Below, piece after piece: positions 10,038 to 16,795 of a DNA stretch of 58,062 bases. The stretch lies in the IMG/VR virus record IMGVR_UViG_3300029120_000017. One strand, written 5' to 3'. Every line of letters starts with the position of its first letter. Positions within the stretch are counted from its first letter, which is position 1. Under the pieces are notes generated by a model that saw only the letters and a program-made list of their open reading frames with translations, made no database searches and was not told the DNA's origin. The stretch comes from a virus. The translations under genes and the position numbers were made by a program.

Positions 10038-10925
10038 TTATTTATAATAATCTTGATTTCCACATATATCCTGATAGGATTTCTTTAGCATCGTTATGTC
10101 TAAAACTAAGGCATTTAAGTTACTTTGCTCGTAATTAAACGATAGTAGTTTTTTGTATTTTTCTTCACCAATTAATTGAATAATCTTTTCTGTTTTTATA
10201 TTGCGTATATGTCTCTGTTTAATAAAGCCATAACGAACCGATGAAAGCCAACTTGTAGAATCAGCAGAAGTGCAGAACGTATTTTGCTTTAGCAGCTCTT
10301 TTTCTGTGCATCCTAAAAGATGAACGTCAATTGTTGGTTTTCTTTTCTTAATATAACGAGCTATCTTGCCTACATAATTACTTTTTCCAGCAAATCTTAG
10401 CTCTGGAACTGAAATAGCAATATATTCTGAATAATCAATCAATCTATCAAGCCCCTTCATGCCATCTTCAAGGTGAAACACATTGATAATGCGATTTGAT
10501 TTCGGCAAATCCTTTCGCATACGCTTACGAAATTCCCATGCTGCATCAACTCCTAAAACTTTTTGACAGTCTATTTCTACAACGGTTGCACCATTATTGC
10601 AAGCGAGCGTGAACTCTACAAGACGGTCATACCATTTATTCATTAGTGCTGCATCCTTTTTGCCTTTCATTGCCCCAAACATCAGCGTAAAAAGTCCACT
10701 ATCCTGTATTACGTGCTTGCAATTACTTGATAAATGTCGCAGATATTTGTAGTCAATATCTTCAATATTATTCCTTGATTTAAGAAGTCTACTAACAAAG
10801 GGATATGCGGTGTAAAGAAAATAATTAACACCAAGCGTATGTATTATCTGATATTGGACTAATTTCTCCATACTCGCAAAATGCACCTTTATATTATCTG
10901 GTAAGTGTAGCGCCTCCATAACCAT
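10038..10925 (-). CDS. dpdA: DpdA-like DNA guanine transglycosylase (TGT superfamily)
   Basis: 295 aa with VIQDSGLFT, VHLLGC and TSADSTSW blocks resembling the DSG / hLlG / DSxxW motifs of DpdA/TGT enzymes; lies in the deazaguanine gene cluster. Confidence 0.7.
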   Translation of the reverse strand: MVMEALHLPDNIKVHFASMEKLVQYQIIHTLGVNYFLYTAYPFVSRLLKSRNNIEDIDYKYLRHLSSNCKHVIQDSGLFTLMFGAMKGKKDAALMNKWYDRLVEFTLACNNGATVVEIDCQKVLGVDAAWEFRKRMRKDLPKSNRIINVFHLEDGMKGLDRLIDYSEYIAISVPELRFAGKSNYVGKIARYIKKRKPTIDVHLLGCTEKELLKQNTFCTSADSTSWLSSVRYGFIKQRHIRNIKTEKIIQLIGEEKYKKLLSFNYEQSNLNALVLDITMLKKSYQDICGNQDYYK

Positions 10926-11220
10926 CCTCCCTTACCGTTACAGAATTTGCATTAAACTTTATCAAAATCCATTCGGCAATACTTTCACATGACATAGTTT
11001 TAAATTTGCATGGTTTGCCGAATTGAGAGTTTAATGCTCGTTCTATTTCTTGTTGTTGAGTTATAATTTCAATTTCACGTTCATTGTGTGCTACTTCAAA
11101 GGCGCAATCAATAACAAATACGTGGCGATGAATAGATGATAAAAAATTGCATTCTTCTGGAGCACAAGGATAATAATGAAATCCTTCTACCTCATTGTGA
11201 GTTAATACGTATCTTTTCAT
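10894..11220 (-). CDS. second QueD/PTPS-like T-fold protein, divergent
   Basis: 108 aa. His15, His31 and His33 (GFHYYP...SIHRHVF) are spaced like the QueD zinc triad. Otherwise divergent from the canonical queD at 8097-8426. Confidence 0.45.
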   Translation of the reverse strand: MKRYVLTHNEVEGFHYYPCAPEECNFLSSIHRHVFVIDCAFEVAHNEREIEIITQQQEIERALNSQFGKPCKFKTMSCESIAEWILIKFNANSVTVREDGYGGATLTR

Positions 11221-11807
11221 TTTATTTTTACTCCTTCGTATAATTTTGTTATTGTATTCAACTCCTTTTTTATATCTTCAATTTTCTCTGAATAAGTTTG
11301 AGGGATTTCAATTTGCAAGATGATGGAATTATTATGTTGTTCATCTTCTTTTGCTTTATTTTCTTCTTTCTCAAACATATCATCCAAATCAATATCTTGC
11401 TTATCTTTTAAGAATTCACATTCAAGGCCAAAATCCAACAATTCTTCCAAATTCCAATCATTAGCAAGCAAATCCCAACTATTCTGACCGAAAGCAATAT
11501 TGTCTTTTTGGATGTATGCCCGCAATTTCTTTGCGCTCGTGCCCGTTGGCAATACTTTAACAGGAGCATCTTTGTAGCCAAGCTCTTTCATGGCCCTGTA
11601 ACGCATATTGCCAAGAATTACGACAAGTTCTCCGTTATTATCGTATGCAACAATTTCGCGTAATTGAAGCATTTCTGGGTCATCCTCAATGCTTTTTTTA
11701 AGTGCTTCATAACGCTCATCCTTGATAAAACGAGGATTCTTTGGTACATCCTTAATTTGTCCAGTGTTAAGGTGCAAATCAGAAATTTTTATTGTTTTCG
11801 TCTGCAT
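11217..11807 (-). CDS. ParB-like N-terminal (ParBc) domain protein
   Basis: 196 aa; IKISDLHLNTGQ...PKNPRFI...VILGNMRYRAMKELG pattern typical of ParB/Srx-fold domains; acidic C-terminal half. Confidence 0.65.
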   Translation of the reverse strand: MQTKTIKISDLHLNTGQIKDVPKNPRFIKDERYEALKKSIEDDPEMLQLREIVAYDNNGELVVILGNMRYRAMKELGYKDAPVKVLPTGTSAKKLRAYIQKDNIAFGQNSWDLLANDWNLEELLDFGLECEFLKDKQDIDLDDMFEKEENKAKEDEQHNNSIILQIEIPQTYSEKIEDIKKELNTITKLYEGVKIK

Positions 11808-11842
11808 TTTTATTACTGTTATTAGTTTATTCCCATATCTGT

Positions 11843-12010
11843 TTACTTTTGACGATAAAACAATGAGGGATTATCAAGCACACTGTCAAGTATACACATT
11901 CCCTGTTCTTTTGCCTTGATTTCCTCTTTGAGTTTATCAAGTTCCTCACATGTGAGTTGGCTTTCGGTCAAACCGTAATCATCCAACATTTGCTTTATTT
12001 TATCTTCCAT
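11843..12010 (-). CDS. small hypothetical protein (55 aa, below the ORF-track cutoff)
   Basis: ATG 12010 to TAA 11843 (MEDKIKQMLDDYGLTESQL...); fills the gap in the co-directional gene array. Confidence 0.4.
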   Translation of the reverse strand: MEDKIKQMLDDYGLTESQLTCEELDKLKEEIKAKEQGMCILDSVLDNPSLFYRQK

Positions 12011-12027
12011 GTTGCAAAGTTATATAA

Positions 12028-12636
12028 TTAGTTATTCTTTTTACTATAATCCCAACCGTATTTCTTGGCAAGTATTTTCATAACCTTGTGGAAATGTGTT
12101 ACATCTGCTCTTGCAATGTTACTTTCATTCCACTTTGTTTGATTAAGATAATTGTATCCTTGTTTATACACTATTCTATCCGCATCAGCAAATGCCTTTT
12201 TCGCTTCATCTGCTGAAACACCCCAACCTCCCTTTGGGCGTTTTATCGAAAATGTATATGTTGGGGTTACTGCTCGCATTTCTTTTGCATTTACCATAAT
12301 GGCAGACCTTATATCATCACTTGAAAACGAGTTGCCAATACGTCTAATACCTCTTTCACCAAGTGAACGAGGGTGATTGTGGGTTAATATACTATTTATT
12401 GGTATCTTTTTAGAGTCAAATTTCACCTGTGCGCCCTTGCCACCTATTGAAGAAACAATATCGCCCTTGGAGTTGAAGACGTGCAATGTTTCGTCTTTGT
12501 TGCGTCTGTATTTCTGCTCAATGCCGACAATATTCTTTACCATCTTTGCAGTATATCCCTTTTCGGTTGCTCCCTTGGAGCTGCCAGAACTCCCACCCTT
12601 ACCGATTGATGTTATGCCTCCACTGTTTCTCCCCAT
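12028..12636 (-). CDS. hypothetical protein, Gly/Ser-rich N-terminus; weak JAB/RadC-like THNHP...SSDD signature
   Basis: 202-aa ORF tightly packed between the two ParB-like genes; motif spacing does not match the canonical JAMM pattern. Confidence 0.6.
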   Translation of the reverse strand: MGRNSGGITSIGKGGSSGSSKGATEKGYTAKMVKNIVGIEQKYRRNKDETLHVFNSKGDIVSSIGGKGAQVKFDSKKIPINSILTHNHPRSLGERGIRRIGNSFSSDDIRSAIMVNAKEMRAVTPTYTFSIKRPKGGWGVSADEAKKAFADADRIVYKQGYNYLNQTKWNESNIARADVTHFHKVMKILAKKYGWDYSKKNN

Positions 12637-12639
12637 AGC

Positions 12640-13731
12640 TTACTTCTTTTTGGCGTTGATAAAATCAGCAATATATAGCAATCCATGCTTTCGGCAAAAG
12701 TCTTGCACTTCCCTACCTCCACCATAGATAATCAGATTTGGGCGTTCAAGCCCGCTTATCTCCTGTGCTACCTGTAAATCAGATTTCAAGCTCTCCATCC
12801 AGCCATCAAGTCCACGTGTAAAGAAAGCATTGTAGCCTTTTGGAATACCCATTTTGTTGTATTCTATAAATTTATGCGACACATTCAAATCTGCATAGAC
12901 CTTTATACCGCATTCCTGTAAATATCTCGCCAACCATCTTTTCTTATAAATTAGTTGTATTCCCCACGCGATAGGTGTTTGGTCGTGACAACTGCAATTT
13001 GGCTCTACGACAGCCTTACATCCGCTTGTAAGCAATTTTATTGGGTCTTTGAATAATGCTTCAAATCTATAATCGTCAACATAGAAGTGATATGTGACAA
13101 CGTCCTTTCTCAGTCTGCTGTTTGCACCCCAAGGCGATAATGGCAATTCCAATTTTCCTGCTTGCATTTCCTTCAGCAAATTTGGTATTTCAAAGTCATT
13201 ATCACTTTCGTAGAGTACATCTTTAAACATAGAGCGATAGAAGTTTTCTTTTTCTTCTTCGCTATTGTTTTCAACATTGCTGCCTTCTGTCTCATTCTCT
13301 TGGCTTGAAATATCCTCCGCCTCCTTTAATTGGCTGACTTTCTCCTTTGGAAATTCAATCCCAATGAAATCGAAATCTACATCCTTGAAGGCATCATCTA
13401 TCTTCAAGGCATCAAAATTCCACTCTCCATTCTCCTTATTGTCTCGCAATATTAATTCGTTTTCTTCATCCTTGCTTAAATCACGATATAAAATAGTGGG
13501 AAGTTCATTGATTTTCAGTTTTCGCGCAGCCTTCAATCGCTGATTGCCACACAAAACAATCAATCGTCCATCCCTCTCAGTAAGAGCCAATGGTCTATGT
13601 TCCCAAAAGCCATTTATGGTAATGGAATCAACCAACCTATCCATCTCTTCCTTCTTAATTTTTCGCGGATTATTAGGAAGCGGATGTAAGTCAGCCACCT
13701 TTCTATATGTGATTTCTTTTTCTGCTTTCAT
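12640..13731 (-). CDS. ParB-like N-terminal domain fused to a DUF4417-like C-terminal domain
   Basis: 363 aa. N-terminus VADLHPLPNNPRKI...VLCGNQRLKAARKL (ParBc-like), acidic linker, C-terminal about 190 aa (YHFYVDDYRFE...WGIQLIYKKRWLARY...) recognised by eye as DUF4417-like. Confidence 0.55.
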   Translation of the reverse strand: MKAEKEITYRKVADLHPLPNNPRKIKKEEMDRLVDSITINGFWEHRPLALTERDGRLIVLCGNQRLKAARKLKINELPTILYRDLSKDEENELILRDNKENGEWNFDALKIDDAFKDVDFDFIGIEFPKEKVSQLKEAEDISSQENETEGSNVENNSEEEKENFYRSMFKDVLYESDNDFEIPNLLKEMQAGKLELPLSPWGANSRLRKDVVTYHFYVDDYRFEALFKDPIKLLTSGCKAVVEPNCSCHDQTPIAWGIQLIYKKRWLARYLQECGIKVYADLNVSHKFIEYNKMGIPKGYNAFFTRGLDGWMESLKSDLQVAQEISGLERPNLIIYGGGREVQDFCRKHGLLYIADFINAKKK

Positions 13732-13742
13732 TTACATGGATG

Positions 13743-13886
13743 TTAAAATGGAAGTTCACCGCCCATCTTTTGTTTTTGCCTTTCGATAAAGTCATTAGCC
13801 CTCTTCATACGCTTACCTCTTTCTTTGGCAGGAGTATTACTCTTTATCTTTGTTTTATCCTTTTTCTTTTCGCTACCACTTGCCAT
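13743..13886 (-). CDS. small basic protein (47 aa) ending in GGELPF
   Basis: ATG 13886 to TAA 13743 (MASGSEKKKDKTKIK...QKQKMGGELPF); below the ORF-track cutoff; fits the gap in the gene array. Confidence 0.35.
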   Translation of the reverse strand: MASGSEKKKDKTKIKSNTPAKERGKRMKRANDFIERQKQKMGGELPF

Positions 13887-13890
13887 AAGC

Positions 13891-14613
13891 CTATTTGTTT
13901 ACAACATTCCACAAATTATTTCCTCTTATTGGTTTTCTTATCGTTGAGTATTCATCGACAATCTTGCTGTAAAAGTCATCGTAAAAATCATAAAGCTGTT
14001 CATTTTCTTCAATTGTAATTTGTTCCACGTTTGCTGATGAACGCAGATTTGCACTTCCATGAATTACGATTTTTCTTCCATCTTCTGTCAGAATCTGACA
14101 AGTTTTTGTGTGAACGCCAGCAACAGCAAGTTGAAATTTATTATCAATATCAAGATTGCTATAAATGTAAGGAATCAAAACACGTATTTCGTTTGAGTAG
14201 AAATATGCACTAACAATCAAAGATAAGTCTTCAATCCATCCATATTCCAGAAGATTTTTAAAACTGTCAATATTATTTTGACTTAATGACAAGGTGGAAA
14301 CAACCATTTTCTTAGCTATTACATCTTTGTTCGTCAGAAATGCTTCAATAAAATCTCCAAAGATGAAATTACCACTAATAAAAGCATCATAGCGAAATCC
14401 CTTGCTAATATCAATTTCCTTTGCCAGCTTTTCAGCGTTGCTATAGAGTATTTGGCTTTCTTTTATCGGTTTAAGTGTTGGTCTGACATATCGCGTTTCG
14501 ATTTGGTCGCCTCCGTCAAAATCCACTTCAAACAAGCTGGAATCTATGTCGCCAATCTCAAAACCAACATCACCGAAATTTAAATCGCCTTTTATGTCAA
14601 AATCCTCGTTCAT
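13891..14613 (-). CDS. phospholipase D-family (HKD motif) nuclease-like protein
   Basis: 240 aa with a single HTKTCQILTEDGRKIVIHGSANL motif (HxK...GSxN). Confidence 0.6.
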   Translation of the reverse strand: MNEDFDIKGDLNFGDVGFEIGDIDSSLFEVDFDGGDQIETRYVRPTLKPIKESQILYSNAEKLAKEIDISKGFRYDAFISGNFIFGDFIEAFLTNKDVIAKKMVVSTLSLSQNNIDSFKNLLEYGWIEDLSLIVSAYFYSNEIRVLIPYIYSNLDIDNKFQLAVAGVHTKTCQILTEDGRKIVIHGSANLRSSANVEQITIEENEQLYDFYDDFYSKIVDEYSTIRKPIRGNNLWNVVNK

Positions 14614-14960
14614 ACCTCATTTATTTTAATTTTCATGATATATAGCATAAGTTTTCGTTTGATGATGTATTCGTGATTTTTTCGCGTAATCTCACTCTTC
14701 ACATCTTCTACAATTAACTTACCGTTTTTCCGATAACAGAAGTCTGCCCTATAAGAACATTCACGCTCAACAACCCTTCCATACACATCTCTTTGCGAGG
14801 GAATAAGAGTAAATTTCTTTTGTCTTGTCAATTCACTTATTATACCTTTCTTTTGAGCCGCAGAGAGATAAAGAAAGCGTCTGTACTCCCTTATCGAATC
14901 AAAAATACCATACGCATTCTTTATCTTCTTGTTCCTGTATTTGTTGGTTGTCAACATCAT
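14610..14960 (-). CDS. DUF1064-like PD-(D/E)xK endonuclease (resolvase-like)
   Basis: 116 aa; YRNKK...FDSIREYRRF...Q..F.L...ECSYRADFCYRKNGKLIVEDVKS pattern. Confidence 0.55.
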   Translation of the reverse strand: MMLTTNKYRNKKIKNAYGIFDSIREYRRFLYLSAAQKKGIISELTRQKKFTLIPSQRDVYGRVVERECSYRADFCYRKNGKLIVEDVKSEITRKNHEYIIKRKLMLYIMKIKINEV

Positions 14961-14991
14961 TTGCTAAATATCTAATTAATACGCAAATATA

Positions 14992-15005
14992 ATAATTAGA
15001 TACAA
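14992..15005. promoter_or_regulatory. 14-mer ATAATTAGATACAA, also present at 27318-27331 in the lysogeny switch; part of a 10-bp inverted repeat pair (14969-14978 / 14993-15002)
   Basis: Exact 14-nt match between two intergenic regions; a CAAAGTTA (reverse of TAnnTTTG) motif lies at 15011-15018. Confidence 0.45.
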
Positions 15006-15021
15006 TATATCAAAGTTATTG

Positions 15022-15444
15022 TTAGTCTTTTTGTAGACCATTTTCAATAAACATTTCGATATTAGACAATCGCTCCCTCTCCTTCTTAACCAAATCAATA
15101 TTCTCTTCCAAATAGTGCTTGATTAATCGTGAAGTAGTCTTTAAAATTTCCTCTTTGTGGCAGTTAATCGCTTTAACCATAAACTCTTCCACCAGCGAAT
15201 CATCTTTAAATCTCAACCATTCTTCCTTGATTGGTTCTCCCTGCTCATTAGTACGATTCAGTTCAAGATAAGATTTCAGTTGAATGGTGAAAGGGTGCAT
15301 ACAATTCGCATTGACTTCTGTATTGTTGAATCCGTAGTAATTGGATTTATATTTTACAGAACGATATATTTTGCTATTCTTGTCAACAGCTTCATCTAAC
15401 TTTCTCGCTGCTCTGTAGAGGTTCTTGTAGTCAGTTATATCCAT
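15022..15444 (-). CDS. hypothetical protein
   Basis: 140-aa ORF in the minus-strand array. Confidence 0.6.
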   Translation of the reverse strand: MDITDYKNLYRAARKLDEAVDKNSKIYRSVKYKSNYYGFNNTEVNANCMHPFTIQLKSYLELNRTNEQGEPIKEEWLRFKDDSLVEEFMVKAINCHKEEILKTTSRLIKHYLEENIDLVKKERERLSNIEMFIENGLQKD

Positions 15445-15540
15445 GATTGTCAGGGTTTGATTTATTATTTCTTAATCATGTTGAAGTCAGCCCAAAGGCT
15501 GATGAATTGTTTGCCGCAATACGTGGCGAGAGCTTCGCTC

Positions 15541-16068
15541 TTAAAGCAAAGGCGAGAACCGAAGTGCGAAGGCGCAGACGAGGGGGGGGTAAGCCGAGCC
15601 CGAAGAAGCGAAGCCCGCAAAGTCTCCTGAATAGTCGCCTGTTGATATGATGTGTCGGTCGGCTTCCCACTCATCACTCTTCTCAGACAGTTCTTCTTCC
15701 GTCCATAGCGTGAACCAAGGATACCAACGCCACTCGTCTTCTGTGAACTGAGGCTCCCAACCCTCATTCAGAGCGGCGGCGATGATGCGAAGTTTCAAGT
15801 ATGCAATAAAGTCGTGACCGTCACTCGTAAAATTTCCGTTATCCACAATCGCATGATATTGCTCTACAAAATGGTTGTCTTCTCCCAACTCACGGCAAGC
15901 GTCCTCAAATGTCTTCACACGTTCTATAATCGGGCGATTTACGACTGTCTGTGCCTCTGTTTCTTTCAATTCGGGTAAGAGCGCGAGAAGAACTTTTTTG
16001 ACGCTCTCATCGGCTGTTCTCAAAGCAGCCTTTGCGTTTTCAATCTTGATTTCCATAAATGCTGTCAT
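15541..16068 (-). CDS. hypothetical protein whose frame is broken at a C8 (plus-strand G8) tract; a +1 frame continuation runs to 15465
   Basis: The zero frame ends in an odd tail (...AYPPLVCAFALRFSPLL). The +1 frame after the tract reads SSAPSHFGSRLCFKSEALATYCGKQFISLWADFNMIKK to a stop at 15465. Confidence 0.6.
   Translation of the reverse strand: MTAFMEIKIENAKAALRTADESVKKVLLALLPELKETEAQTVVNRPIIERVKTFEDACRELGEDNHFVEQYHAIVDNGNFTSDGHDFIAYLKLRIIAAALNEGWEPQFTEDEWRWYPWFTLWTEEELSEKSDEWEADRHIISTGDYSGDFAGFASSGSAYPPLVCAFALRFSPLL
15582..15589. repeat. G8 homopolymer (C8 on the coding strand) at the frame break of the 15465-16068 gene
   Basis: aggggggggt read directly at 15581-15590. Confidence 0.9.
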
Positions 16069-16264
16069 TTTTAATTTGTTCTAATTCATCATTCGATATC
16101 AATCCGCGTTCAATCCAGCCTTTCAAATAGTCATCCAACGTTTCTTTTGTTCGATTTCGGTTGATGTAGTCTGGACAATACGAGTCATCTTTTGTTCCGA
16201 CATCTTGCGTGAAACAATGATTCCATTTGTACCAAAAGCAGTTCTTACAATATCCGTGATTCAT
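16040..16264 (-). CDS. hypothetical Cys-rich small protein
   Basis: ATG 16264 (MNHGYCKNCFWYKWNHC...); the track start at 16312 is an alternative. Confidence 0.55.
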   Translation of the reverse strand: MNHGYCKNCFWYKWNHCFTQDVGTKDDSYCPDYINRNRTKETLDDYLKGWIERGLISNDELEQIKNDSIYGNQD

Positions 16265-16353
16265 GTTACCATATTTCAATGGGCTTTGAATCGTGCCATA
16301 GCCAAGGCGCACGATTCAAAGCCTGGTTAAACTATTCGTAATATCAATGAAGG

Positions 16354-16794
16354 TTAGGGTTTGATTTTTACCCTTACTTTCCACATATCAAGCAGCGCTT
16401 GCAGTTCATGCACTGATTCTATTTCGTACATGAATATCGCATCGCGCTTTCTTTTTGAACAACCTGGAAGCAATATCGGGTTGAAAGCGTTGTCAAAATC
16501 CGCAGAAGGTATAAGCCCTATTCTAATAGCCTTAAATTCTCCAAAGAGCACATTCTCTCCATCCAATGATTTCTGCCATCCGTATGCTTTCAGTAGCCCT
16601 TCTGATAGCGGAAACGGCGACATATCTTCGTATGAAGAAATAGCCATCTGCCTGCCTCCATCTTCATACACCTCTCTGTGACGAATCGTACCGCTGATAT
16701 TGTCAATACCTTCAACGATAGAGTATTTATACCCTTCATATTTATCAGCTCTGGTGATAATGTCACCAATTCTTATTTCTCTAATGTTTATCAT
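16354..16794 (-). CDS. hypothetical protein
   Basis: ATG 16794 (MINIREIRIGD...) abuts the upstream stop at 16796. Confidence 0.6.
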   Translation of the reverse strand: MINIREIRIGDIITRADKYEGYKYSIVEGIDNISGTIRHREVYEDGGRQMAISSYEDMSPFPLSEGLLKAYGWQKSLDGENVLFGEFKAIRIGLIPSADFDNAFNPILLPGCSKRKRDAIFMYEIESVHELQALLDMWKVRVKIKP

Positions 16795-16795
16795 T

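Noticed and set aside
12028-12636. Assigning the 202-aa protein as QueC or as a JAB/RadC peptidase
   Set aside because: NSGGITS is not the SGGxDS PP-loop. The THNHP...SSDD spacing does not fit the canonical HxHx7Sx2D JAMM motif. It is left as unknown.
15447-15670. Extra ORFs (67 aa plus strand, 64 aa minus strand) around the G8 tract
   Set aside because: They are alternative frames of the GC-rich stretch. Only the zero and +1 minus-strand frames give protein-like sequence.
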